A stretch of DNA of 64,000 nt, from NCBI RefSeq assembly GCF_020745735.1, contig NC_083435.1, positions 25,047,231 to 25,111,230 of the forward strand. Reading direction: 5' to 3'. The notes under the pieces were generated by a model, which saw nothing but the letters and a program-made list of their open reading frames with translations, ran no database searches and was not told where the DNA came from. Below, in pieces: positions 50,301 to 58,164 of the stretch (its first letter is position 1; each line of letters opens with the position of its first letter). Source of the DNA: Hemiscyllium ocellatum. Lineage: Eukaryota. The translations under genes and the position numbers were made by a program.

Positions 50301-53300
50301 AGACCCTTTGATCCAACGCTAAACATAATCCCAAACGGAACTATTCCCACCTGCCTGCTCCTGGCCCATATCCCCCCCAAACCATTCCTATTCATCTAGT
50401 TAACTAAGTGTCTTTTAAATGTTATAACTGTGCCTATATCTACCACTTGCTCAGGAAGCTCACTCCACCCAGTGAATCACACTCTGCACAGAACATTTGT
50501 CCCTCGTGTCTTTTTTAAATCTCTCTCCTCTCACCTTAAAAATATTCCCCCAGTCTTGAAATCCCCCATCCAAGGGAAAAGACACCTACCATTAACTCTA
50601 TATATACCCCTCATGAGTATATATAAACCTCTAGAAGGCCACCTCTCAACCTCCTACGCTCCAGTGAAAGAAATCCCAGCCTATCCAGCCATTCTTTATC
50701 ACCTAAACCTTCCATATTCGGCAACTTCCTCGTAAATCTCTTCAGAACTCTCTCCAGCTTAATAATACCCTTCCTACAATTGGGAGTTAAAGATGTGAGG
50801 AATTTGTTTAGTTAGGTTCTGAGTCAGTTCCCTGTCATTTGTCTGCCACATGTGGGAAGAATATCTGAGTAAGCAGTTTGAGCTGTCCTTTTGAGGAACA
50901 GGTGTTGGCACCCCCTGCTGGCCATCGATAAGAAGTGAATTGAAGTTGTGCAGAAGTTAGATCACCAGGCTCGGTAGATTGATCAGCAACTGGAAGTAAA
51001 TCGGGCGTTTGCTGAGTGTAACAAACAAACTACAGAATTTGTGAAGTGAATCTGGTCCTTCCTCGTATCCCTTAGAGGATGCTTAGAGAATCAAGAGTCA
51101 TAGAGGTGTATAGTAGGGAAACAGACCCTTCGGTCCAATTCGTCCATGCTGACCAAATATCCCAACCCAATCTAGTCGCATTTGCCAGCACCTGGCCCAT
51201 ATCCCTCCAAACCCTTCCTATTCACATATCCATCCAGATGCCTTTTAAATGTTGCAATTGTACCAGCCTCCACCATTTTCTTTGGCAGCTCATTCCGCAC
51301 AGCCGTCACCCTCTGTGTGAAAAAATTGCCCCTTAAGTCCTTCTTATATCTTTCCCCTCTCACCCTAAACCTATGCCCTCTGGACTCCTCCAATCCAGGG
51401 AAAAGACTTTATCTATTTATCCTATCCATGCCCCTCATGATTTTATAGACCTCTGTCAGGTCACTTTCCCACATTAAACTCTATTTGCCACCTCTCAGCC
51501 CAGCTCTGTAGGTTATCTGTGTCCCTCTGTAACTTGCAACACCATTCAGCACTGCCCACACTTCCACTGAACTTAGGTTCATCGTCGAATTGTTAAGAGT
51601 GAAGAATGGCAGATCTCCAAGTATGGTCGGAGATACTAAAGAAGTATCTAAATAATAAAAGGTGACCTGAGTGGTCACCTAGTAGTTAGTAACGGATGTG
51701 GGATCCACAGTTCAGAAATAGTGTCAGAGGCCTACAGCACAGAGAAAGGCCCAAACTGTCCATCCACACTAACCCCATTTCCCTGCACTTGGCCCATATT
51801 CTTCTAATCCTTCCCTATCCATGTATTTGTCCAAATGCCTTTCAAATGTTGCTAATGTACCTGCCTCAACCACTTCCACTGGCAGCTCATTCCATACGTG
51901 TACCACCCTCTGTGTAAAAAAACTGGCCACTCAGGTTCACTTTTATTCTTTCCCCTCTAACGTAAAACTGAGGCCCTCGATTCCCCAAAACCTGTGAAAA
52001 AGACTGAGTGCATTCACCCAATCCATGCCTCTCATGATCTTATACACTTCTGTAAGATTCCCCCCTCCGTCTCCCACGCTCGAAAGAAAACAACTCCTAG
52101 CTTATCCAACCTGTCCCTATAACTCAGACCGTTGAGTCCTGGAAAACATTGTGAAGAAACACAGAGAGCAAAGGAAAGGAAAGGAAAGGTTTATGATGCA
52201 ACAGCAATAGTCAGTTTGCTTGCAGAGTTACCAAGTAAAGTATTACATGAAGATAATGAGAGACGATGTGAGGAAAATTATCTGAACAAATGGAAAGGTT
52301 AGGTGGAAAAGTAGTAGAACAGGAGCAAAGGAATCAGGTGAATGTGTTGTATGTGGACCAGTTTCTGATCCAATTTGAGAAGTATGCAGTGCATATAGTG
52401 ATCATGATGCGGCCAAACAGAATTTAAACGAAGTGAATGGAGAATGCATCAATTTGCAGCCCGATATGAAAGTTCTGTAACAAGTGGACAGAGGAAATTA
52501 AATCTCTGTGACTGACCATTTAATGTTATAGAGAAAAAAAATTATTATAGAATCCTTACAGTGTGGAAACAGGCCCTTCAGCCCAACTAGTCCACACTGA
52601 CCCTCTGAAGAGTAACCCACCCAGACCCATCCCCTATCCTATTACTCTACATTTACTGCCAACTAATGCACTAAGCCTACACACATCCCTGAACACTACA
52701 GGCATTTAGCACAGCCAATTCACCCTGACACGCTCACCTTTGGATTGTGGGAAGAAACCAGACCACCCGGAGAATGCCCACACAAACACAGGGAGAATGT
52801 GCAAACTCCACACAGACAGTCACCCAAGGCTGGAATAGAACCCAGTTCCCAGGCATTGTGAGGCAGCAGTACTAACCGCTGAGCCACCATGAAATCTCAG
52901 CTATCAATAGAGAAAGGAATAGTGCCTGAACTTGGGACTGTTCAGTCTGAGGGCAATGGTGATTATAGAGTAGGTTGGGAAAGTTAGAAAAGAATGCTCA
53001 GTGAGTACTGATGACTGGGGACCCCCAACTCCTTTTCCTGAGACATTGAAGCCCTCAGCACCTGTAAAACCTGCTCTTGCACCAATGATTCTGCGACTGC
53101 CAATCGCACAGAAATCATCTACACAACCCCACTTGCAGTAACACAGATAAGGGAAATTGCTAATAAGATTTTGTGTGGCTTTAAGAGGTTAGTTTGTTCC
53201 TTTTTTTTGAAAGAGAGGGTTTAAGGCAGAGGTATCGAGCTGTCTAGTTGGAAAGCCAGTAGAGTAAACAGCATGTGAGGCCTTGGGTATTTTTAAGGTT

Positions 53301-56300
53301 GGAACAATAGAAGCAGCCTGAATGGGTGTGTTCAAGCTCCCACAGAACCAGGAGTTTCAGTTTTAGCTTTCAGCAGTTGCTATTGGGGTGCTAAAGAAGA
53401 GAAAGCTATTTTTCCCTTCTCTTGGTTACAGCCATAAGCGGTGGGGGGGGGGGGGGGGGCGCGGGAGGTCTCTGCCTGTCACTGGAGTTACATGTGAGAC
53501 CATCTGTGTATGAATTTGCCTTTTACCAAAGGTGTGTTTATGCGATGTTGCTATATTGGAACAGTTAATTAATAATAGTTACTGTACGTATTGCTCTGTT
53601 AAGTTTTCCCAATAGAGTGATGTTATTCCAATTCCTTTTCTGTTTTGTTGCATTTTAACTGTGGTGGATGAATAAAGTGTGCTTTACTTTAAATCTGACA
53701 GTTTGACCAAATGAACTGCATCTGGAACGGAATACCTTACATTTACTTTTAAAATAAGAAAAAAGTTAGGGTCTGGACTACCTTCTGAGGATGTTGGGGC
53801 AGTTTGGTTTGATCCATCACAATTTCCACTTTTCAACCCACTGCAAATCCTTTTGAATTTTTTCTAAAAGCACTCATCAGCAAAGACTTTTATATGGCCT
53901 CGCTGATCGAGAAGTAAGGTTAATGCTAGTGTGTGTGACCCCTGTGATTCAGTCTGCTTTACCCACTGCTCACCGTGAAGAATTGGAAGATATGAAGGAG
54001 GCTACATTTACCGTGATACGTGAGAACAGAGGGGATCCAATAGATGGTTTAATAGGTGTAATCAAACAAAAGGGAGAGCCTCCGCTAAATATGCAGGTCG
54101 GTTATGGATTCATTTTGCTCATGTTTTTGGAGAAATGGATCATGCTAGGTTAACTGTACGCGATTATTCTAAATAGTTAAGATCTTTAGTAGTGCGCATC
54201 TTGGAATGGGGAAAGAAGATGGGTGAAAATGTTGACCCAGAGATGGTGCACATGATGAGATATGGACAGTATGGCGAATGGTTCGAGCTTGGGAGAAGGA
54301 CATTAAAGGGATGAGCAAAGGGAGTAAGAGTGCCAATCAGATACATCGACCTTAAGAATACAAATACAAATGCTCACACCACAATATCTCACAACCTTAA
54401 CATCTGCCAAACAGCAAAAAAGATACATGTCCTTACCTTTCTTTCTGCGTAACTTCACACAGTAGAGCACAAAAACGAACAAGAAAGCCACTTGCACCAG
54501 AGCACTGATCAACAGGAATGACCATAGGGTCATGGCACCTTTTGCTTTCGCTAAGAAGAAAGAGGCCAAAGTCAGAAAGCTACGCAGGAGGCCATTCAGC
54601 CCCTTTCATCCAGTCAACCATTTGGTTAGATCATGGCTGATCTAAACCTGAACTCAATCTGCTCAGCTATTTATGTACCCTGTTATAACACTGCCTTGTG
54701 ATATCCATCAACCCTGCCTTTGCAAGTTTCAGTGCTTTCAGTCTTTCCAAGGAGGGTTCCAGATTCCCACCCAGTTTCGCAACCAAATCTGCTATCTGTC
54801 GTCACTGTTTAATCTGATTTTGAGATCACGTTCCATCGTTCTTGATGCTCCCACGAAAAGAAACATTTTTCTCCCTTTTTATGAACTCAAAAACTGTGCG
54901 ACAGCTTAAACCCCAAGCTCCTGAACCACACTGGTGACTCAGGATTGTGATCTACCAAGGCTAACATATCCTTCCCGATTTACAACTGCATGCCTTACTC
55001 CAAATGTGGTTGGTGTCATTTCAGGCATTGGAGGGATATTCTCTCCCCTTTTGCATTCCGTAACCATGACGATTGCTTCCAATCACATATTTAAATTAAT
55101 TGTTATTCCTGCAACTTCAGAATACTTTTCTCAGTTAACTTTCAAAACGACAATCCGGTTTCTCTTCGGGAATACTGTGTGCAGTTCTGGTCACCCTGTC
55201 ACAGGAAGGATATTATTAAACTGGAGATGGTTCAAAAGGGATTTACAGGAATGTTCCCAGGTGTGGAAGGTTTGAGTTATAAAGAAAGGTGGGGTGGTCT
55301 GGGACTTTTTTTTTCCCCTGGCGTTTAGGACATTGAGAGGTGGCTTTACAGAGGTTTATATAATCATGAGGGGTCGAGATGGTAGGTGTCTATTCCCTAG
55401 GATAGGGGATTTCAGATTAGGGGGCATAGTTCAAAGGTGAGAGGAGACAGAGTTAAAAAAAAAGACATGAGGGGCAAAATTTTTATACAGTGTGTGGAAT
55501 GAACTTCCAGTGGAAGTGGATGTGGGTAGTGTTACAATGTTTGACGGACATTTACATAAGTACATGAATAAGAAATGCCTGGAAGGAAGTGGGCCTAGCG
55601 CAGGCAGGTGGGACTAATTTAGTTGAGGATTATGGTCATCATGGATTGGTTGGACCGAACGGTCAGCTTTCATGCTGTATGACTTTATGACTTGATGACT
55701 TTATTGCTTCCATTCACATATTTAATTAGCTGTTATTCTGCAATTTAAGGATTTTTCAGAATAATCTTGCAAGTTAATTTTCAAAATGGTAATCAGGCTG
55801 CTACGTAAAGTATAGAATTCTTGCTTGACAGTTATAATCTGGGACAGTGGATGATCCGGATCCTCGTGGCAGGATGAGATGAAAAGTTGCAAAAGGCTGA
55901 TCATATCTTCACAGCTAATTTAGAATAGAATCCCTACAGTGTGGAAGAAGGCCATTCAGCCCATTGAGTCCATGCTGAACTGCCAAAGAGCAGACCAATC
56001 CCTTACCCTGTCTGTCTAAACCTGCATTTCCCAAGATTAATCCACCTAATCTGCACATCCCTAGATACTACGGACAATTTCCCATGGCCAATACACCTAA
56101 CCTGCACATCTTTGGACTGTGGGAGGAAACCAGAGCACCCGGAGGAAACCCACTCAGACACAGGGAGAATGTGCAAACTCCACACAGAAGTTAATACTAA
56201 TCGTTGCAATCTGCTGGACTATAACCTGCTGTTGTGTGATTTTTAACTTTGCAAAAGTGAGGATTGCAGATGCTAGAAATCAGAGTCGAGATTAGAGTGG

Positions 56301-58164
56301 TGCTGGAAAAGCACAGCTGGTCAGGCAGCACCCGAGGAGCAGGAGCAGTCCTGATGAAGGGCTTTTGCCCGAAATGTCAATTTTCCTGCTCCTCGGATGC
56401 TGCCTGACCTGCTGTGAATTTTAACTTTGTCCAACACCGACACTTCAACATAATTACTTGTACAAGGTTGTATTTATGTATAACTGAGGTATTATGAAGG
56501 TCCGATAACTGAACAGACCCCCACTTAACTTCAGCAGGAAGAGCTAGAAAAAGTTGGCTGTGGCACTGTGGAGCTGATGCTCATACCATGCATGTTATTG
56601 GCAAGCAAGTGGATCGGTTACCTCTCACGGTGAGCTGTGTTCCTGCTCCATATTCCTCACCCAGTTCCATGATTTTCACACTGCAATAATACATCCCGGA
56701 ATCAGTCACTTTCAGCTCCTTCAGCAACAGCGAGGCATCCTGGCTGTTAAAAAAATCCTCTTGGGATCTATGTATCCGCCCTCTGTACTCTGCCGTCTCA
56801 CTGGAAACTTCCGTGCCATTCCTTCCATTCTTCAGCCATCTGTAAGAGCCTATTGGCCGGGAGACATTGCCTGTCCATTTGCAGGGGATGAGGACTGATT
56901 GTGTCTCCTCCACCAGAATCCTGGGAAGTTTCTGAACAACGTGGAACGTCTCAGCGCCAATTCCTGAAAGGTAGAGGGAAGGGAGTGATTGGAAGTTGGA
57001 ACTATGAGAGGCAGTCTTGCATGGAGGCTTACATTGATCACAACTTTATAATAAATAAGAAAATTACCAGCTCAATGAGAGAAACGTGCAGTAGCATTTA
57101 CTTAACCATTTTATCACTTAGTGAGACGTACTCTGTCTGAAAGGGCAGATTCGATCACAACTCTAAGCAAGGAAGCTGACTGCATCCTTCAAAAGGAAGT
57201 CCATGAGAAAGGATTGTGGTCCAATTAGAAATCTTGTATGGATCCCAGGAATGAAAGGCTTATCATATGAGGAGCGTTTGAAGAATTTAGGACTATATTC
57301 AATGGAGTTTAGAAGGATGAGGGGGAGGCGATCTGATTGAACCTTGCCAAGGACTGAACAGCCTGACAGAATGGACGTTGGGAAGATGTTTCCCTTGGCG
57401 GGAGAGACTAGGACCTGAGGGCACAGTCTTATAGTAAAGGGAAGACCTTTTAAGAATGGAGATAAGGAGAAACTTCTTCAGCAAATCTATGGAATTCATT
57501 GCATTGAGGGTTATGGAGGGCAGGTCACTGAGTATATTTAAAACAGACAGCGATAAGGGGATATTGTCTGCCAAGGGGACCAAAGGTTATAGGGAGAAAA
57601 CAGAAAAATGGGCTTGAAAATCCAATCAGGGCTGAAAATGTGTTGCTGGAAAAGTGCAGCAGGTCAGGCAGCATCCAAGGAACAGGAGATTAGATGTTTC
57701 GGGCATAAGCCCTTCTTCAGGAATGGCTTCAGGAATCTTGAAAACCCAATCAGCCATGATAGAATAGGGTAGCAGATTCAATGGGCCAAATGGCCTAATT
57801 TCAACTCCTATCGTCTTATGAGTCAAATTTGGCAACCCGGATCTATGTCAGATTGGGATATCTGGTTAGCGTGGACGACTTGGACTGAAGGGTCTTTTTC
57901 TGTGCCGTATAATTCTACAAATGCTGAACAAAAAGGTTTTGCAACAGCCGAGGGAGGTGGTGGTGAGGTTGTGGCAGATTACTGAGTAAGCGAGACTGTG
58001 GAGCAGTGTCTTTGCACCGAGTCTGATTTGCTTGTCCATTGCATCGTTCACTATGGCCTTTACCTGCACGGTCGCCAGACACCAACCCGTAAAATTTTGG
58101 AAACAACGGAATGCTACTTACCCCAGAAGACAGCCAATATCCAGAGGACGGGGCTTGTGTTCAT
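17138..58164 (-). CDS. NCR3: NKp30/NCR3-like type I Ig-superfamily receptor, whole predicted coding span (leader, VJ domain, TM, long multi-exon tail). 295 codons through exon I; 310 or 354 aa depending on terminal exon
   Basis: Manual splice model, all junctions in frame: 58164-58122, 56963-56622, 54550-54437, 48850-48832, 48229-48192, 41963-41923, 39300-39257, 37140-37103, 32278-32250, 31202-31102, 20880-20846, 17528-17488, then 17317-17138 or 16902-16855. Ectodomain resembles NKp30; orthology versus paralogy not resolved. Confidence 0.7.
17488..17528 (-). CDS. Cytoplasmic exon I (41 nt, VKRYPIPESASKDE)
   Basis: cattcaattctcag|TG...GAG|gtaaga; only the phase-1 entry is open; phase 1 to 0. 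Confidence 0.68.
17712..18006 (+). mobile_element. HE1 V-SINE
   Basis: Diverged head, V-domain and tail. Confidence 0.85.
18262..18742 (+). mobile_element. HE1 V-SINE interrupted by a Penelope-end insertion (18413-18570)
   Basis: 13-bp TSD CAGTCCAAAGATG at 18400-18412 and 18571-18583. Confidence 0.88.
18950..19390 (+). mobile_element. Degenerate CR1 3' fragment
   Basis: gaggtgacctgatagaa...gctgtatgactctatg. Confidence 0.7.
19900..20147 (-). mobile_element. HE1 V-SINE
   Basis: Reverse-complement head and V-domain. Confidence 0.82.
20846..20880 (-). CDS. Cytoplasmic exon H (35 nt, HDYGYDELNVT)
   Basis: cttcccctccttttgcag|G...ACA G|gtacct; only the phase-2 entry is open; phase 2 to 1. Confidence 0.68.
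21099..21912 (-). mobile_element. Solo LTR of the same family
   Basis: TG...CA ends; shares CCAGATGCA..TGGTCAAACT.TCAGATTT.AAGTAAA.CACACTTTATTC block with 53172-53821; TSD not clear. Confidence 0.68.
22589..22789. mobile_element. P1 fold-back mini-insertion
   Basis: 15-bp TSD TTCAAGTTACTAGGA (22574-22588, 22790-22804); 74-bp inverted arms. Confidence 0.9.
22696..22732 (+). ncRNA. Minimal type I hammerhead ribozyme (P1 family)
   Basis: Stem I GAUUC/GAAUU, CUGAUGA(A), stem II GGGC-UUAU-GCCC, GAAA, palindromic ACGU stem III, GUC site. Confidence 0.75.
23404..26324 (-). mobile_element. Second copy of the same Tx1-like family, 5'-truncated, with internal deletion
   Basis: ORFs 24616-26136 (RT) and 23612-24220 (C-terminal knuckle) nearly identical to the neighbouring copy; same 3' UTR ending; deletion of about 70 bp near 24065. 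Confidence 0.92.
27538..28086 (+). CDS. Tx1-like ORF1 C-terminal remnant
   Basis: Low-complexity acidic/basic frame ending TAA 1 nt before the ORF2 ATG; 5' end cut by the inversion junction. Confidence 0.6.
   Translation: MEEEESKEADDWITVRNRKRKPVSGPKATQRRGKRHLQVEDTGSSSDGEDGRKKGRHQRKRQSALGRKEGSTTQEGKDDPSVGMGKGLPLPGENQEVSTGPQLQVTGSSGPVTAPLSDGELDGADPGLDTKTPERGNGSSVEPDSYLSPGMVQQFAVTTGMHAATPEEQDQQQMDTINLVNC
28088..30415 (+). CDS. Tx1-like ORF2, APE endonuclease plus reverse transcriptase (775 aa, frameshift near 30370; C-terminus lies in the inverted part 26566-27468)
   Basis: SINVRS, LFLQECG, INVYAP, LAGDFN, SRIDY, FSDH; KTPGSDG, WRPITLLNADYK, DQEKAFD, GVRQGCPLSP, YMDD; CPRSGC...HLLLEC knuckle in 26566-27468. 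Confidence 0.93.
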   Translation: MGFKVASINVRSIKSATRCVSTMTFLASVKADLLFLQECGIPHLSSYRRWSSLWAHGQSVWSGGNDSRASGLGILLRGSNFTISEVKEVVGGRLLVADVMYRNAPLRLINVYAPLGKSERLAVLQQLPLLLATSRPVILAGDFNCIIDADGRSGGGDSKLDATSRALMDAVKDAKLHDVFSTPADGAQRRYTWSRADRSIRSRIDYLFVSRTLSVRSTDVKPVFFSDHCLLLADCHLQDEQRAGKGTWKLNTKLLTPGNIEELKRDYAGWRTVKPLFESPADWWETVKGNIKRFFILKGVQEAREMRGKLSQLQESMQTLLLLQMMGVDVTEDLKEVKGQQASLFASEASKIIFRSRVRSVEQDETCSRFFFQKVHKESSVLSSLKEEDGSITSSQADVMRISKSFYASLYDAKPTDSAASQSFLSSITEVLDDRTRERLDQPLSLDELTKALESFKKNKTPGSDGLPVELYSGLWDLISHDLLEVYVSMLRAGTMSESMRKGIITLIYKRKGEREELKNWRPITLLNADYKILSKVIANRVRSALGSVIHPDQTCAVPGRKIAESLALLRDTIAYVQDRGLDACLISLDQEKAFDRISHMYMRDVLSKMGFGEGICNWIRLLYTNIVSAVSINGWESDSFPVRSGVRQGCPLSPALFVCCIEPFAESIRKDASLRGVTIPGSGGLQVKASLYMDDVAVFCSDPLSVRRLMCICDQFERASGAKVNRGKSEAMLFGNWADQSSIPFTVRTDHLKVLGIWFRGGWGVRQVLGGAYQ
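31102..31202 (-). CDS. Cytoplasmic exon G (101 nt, TTSSANIQYATLKLDQAPNGSSLLESIVEGNDL-E), ITIM
   Basis: catttctgtttaattag|ACA...TTA GA|gtgagt; phase 0 to 2; IQYATL (31167-31184) fits [I/V/L/S]xYxx[L/V]. Confidence 0.75.
31400..31790 (+). mobile_element. HE1 V-SINE with an internal 53-bp tandem duplication
   Basis: Unit GATGTGCAGGTTAGGGTGGATTGG...TTCAGG repeated at 31546 and 31599. Confidence 0.85.
32250..32278 (-). CDS. Cytoplasmic exon F (29 nt, DCQSSAPNRQ)
   Basis: tattttgttcctgcag|AT...CAG|gtaagc; strong sites; phase 1 to 0. Confidence 0.7.
32741..33040 (-). mobile_element. HE1 V-SINE
   Basis: Reverse complement of a full element. Confidence 0.88.
35167..35490 (+). mobile_element. HE1 V-SINE, full length
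   Basis: Near-identical to 15621-15930. Confidence 0.92.
35520..36665 (+). mobile_element. Rex1/Babar- or L2-type LINE 3' fragments, interrupted by other repeats; a similar tail lies at 33050-33400
   Basis: KAQQQLYFLRSLRKF frame; shared 3' UTR between 33050-33400 and 36410-36665. Confidence 0.6.
35899..36400. repeat. Minisatellite, 26-27-bp unit CAACACCCCCTC(AACACC/CCATC)CCAGTTACT, about 19 copies
   Basis: Direct inspection; translates as SYSTPPQHP repeats. Confidence 0.92.
37103..37140 (-). CDS. Cytoplasmic exon E (38 nt, LKTFSNSTTNVM), GC donor
   Basis: tttttatttttgcttctgacag|C...ATG G|gcaagt; only the phase-2 entry is open; phase 2 to 1. Confidence 0.6.
39257..39300 (-). CDS. Cytoplasmic exon D (44 nt, VGSEEETSIYIPME-S), YxxM motif
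   Basis: ttgtgttccaaag|GTT...GAA AG|gtgaat; phase 0 to 2; acceptor weaker than the others. Confidence 0.6.
39765..40955. mobile_element. Penelope-like family P3: two GIY-YIG 3' fragments in inverted orientation
   Basis: SGIYKIPCKDSHKHYIGQTG (39828-40256, minus) mirrored at 40362-40922 (plus); spacer of about 40 bp. Confidence 0.92.
39808..39847 (-). ncRNA. Minimal type I hammerhead ribozyme (P3 family), sense to the NCR3-like gene
   Basis: Stem I CCA/UGG, CUGAUGA(U), GUUACC-UAGCCA-GGUAAU, GAAA, palindromic ACGU, GUC site. Confidence 0.72.
41235..41309 (-). CDS. Candidate alternative terminal exon T2 (DNKVARTPYSAVLLSTGLNIKGSD*), ITSM
   Basis: ttgactatggtttgtattctag|GAT, phase 0 after exon C; TPYSAV = TxYxxV; gives a 223-aa isoform. 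Confidence 0.55.
   Translation of the reverse strand, partial: DNKVARTPYSAVLLSTGLNIKGSD
41923..41963 (-). CDS. Cytoplasmic exon C (41 nt, DVVTLCAQDGAQDL)
   Basis: cttttgtcttttag|AT...CTG|gtaagt; phase 1 to 0. Confidence 0.78.
42640..43115 (+). mobile_element. CR1/HER1 3' fragment
   Basis: RFTKMLPGLEGLSYRERL...GYGPSAGRWD plus tail. Confidence 0.88.
43140..43720 (+). mobile_element. Older CR1 3' fragment
   Basis: Degenerate version of the same 3' sequence and tail. Confidence 0.75.
44117..45665 (+). mobile_element. Penelope-like element family P1: RT C-terminus, GIY-YIG endonuclease, hammerhead-bearing end
   Basis: GVAMGTRMGPSYA, LRYIDD, LPFLD (RT); NIIYCIHC...LYIGET (GIY-YIG); CTGATGA...GAAAC at 45555-45579. 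Confidence 0.9.
45934..46082 (-). CDS. Candidate alternative terminal exon T1 (GKDQISYKKVYPFSC...RQLL*), ITIM-like
   Basis: ccatatgtttttcag|GC, phase 1 after exon B; ISYKKV = IxYxxV; gives a 234-aa isoform. Confidence 0.35.
46965..47380 (-). mobile_element. Penelope-like P3 3' fragment
   Basis: Near-identical to 39780-40180. Confidence 0.88.
48192..48229 (-). CDS. Cytoplasmic exon B (38 nt, PDRVNSEIISVN)
   Basis: ttttcttgttttgcag|...GTG AAT G|gtaagt; the phase-2 entry is the only open frame and matches the exit of A. Confidence 0.78.
48832..48850 (-). CDS. Cytoplasmic exon A (19 nt, GSQWAQR)
   Basis: tccctttgtag|GTTCTCAGTGGGCTCAGCG|gtgagt; phase 1 to 2. Confidence 0.75.
50280..52145 (-). 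mobile_element. Three minus-strand CR1 3' fragments (about 50280-50790, 51090-51465, 51700-52145)
   Basis: Each matches the CR1 3' end or tail in reverse. Confidence 0.78.
52548..52890 (-). mobile_element. HE1 V-SINE
   Basis: Reverse complement of a full element. Confidence 0.85.
53172..53821 (+). mobile_element. Solo LTR (Gypsy-like, 4-bp TSD)
   Basis: TG...CA ends, TSD ATTT on both sides, AATAAA near 53670; homologous to 21099-21912. Confidence 0.75.
54437..54550 (-). CDS. NCR3: Transmembrane exon AKAKGAMTLWSFLLISALVQVAFLFVFVLYCVKLRRKK
   Basis: tttcttcttag|CG...AAA G|gtaagg, 114 nt, phase 1-1; hydrophobic stretch followed by KLRRKK stop-transfer. Confidence 0.88.
55180..55700 (+). mobile_element. 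CR1 3' fragment (V-TM intron)
   Basis: cagttctggtcacc...ctgtatgactttatgact. Confidence 0.75.
55925..56190 (-). mobile_element. HE1 V-SINE, headless
   Basis: Reverse-complement V-domain and tail. Confidence 0.8.
56622..56963 (-). CDS. NCR3: V-set Ig exon, germline-joined VJ type (NKp30-like)
   Basis: tttcag|GA...AGA G|gtaacc, 342 nt, phase 1-1. IGAETFHVVQKLPRILVEETQSVLIPCKWTGNVSRPIGSYRWLKNGRNGTEVSSETAEYRGRIHRSQEDFFNSQDASLLLKELKVTDSGMYYCSVKIMELGEEYGAGTQLTVR: B-strand Cys, C-strand Trp, DxGxYYC, J-like GAGTQLTV; IGSYRW, EYRGRI and ELGEEYG parallel NKp30 IGSVTW, EFRGRL and GLGVGTG. Confidence 0.92.
57230..57600 (+). mobile_element. CR1 3' fragment of another subfamily (leader-V intron)
   Basis: LSYEERL...EFRRMRG-like remnant. 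Confidence 0.65.
58122..58164 (-). CDS. NCR3: Leader exon MNTSPVLWILAVFW(G)
   Basis: cag|G ATG...TTC TGG G|gtaagt; 43 coding nt, phase-1 exit, hydrophobic signal core continuing IGA-ETF in the next exon. Confidence 0.85.

Noticed and set aside
53443-53462. Poly-G run
   Set aside because: Simple homopolymer inside the solo LTR; length may be a sequencing artefact.
56560-56700. RSS or rearranging Ig/TCR segment
   Set aside because: No heptamer-spacer-nonamer at the V/J joint, no C-domain exon found before the TM, and framework is NKp30-like.
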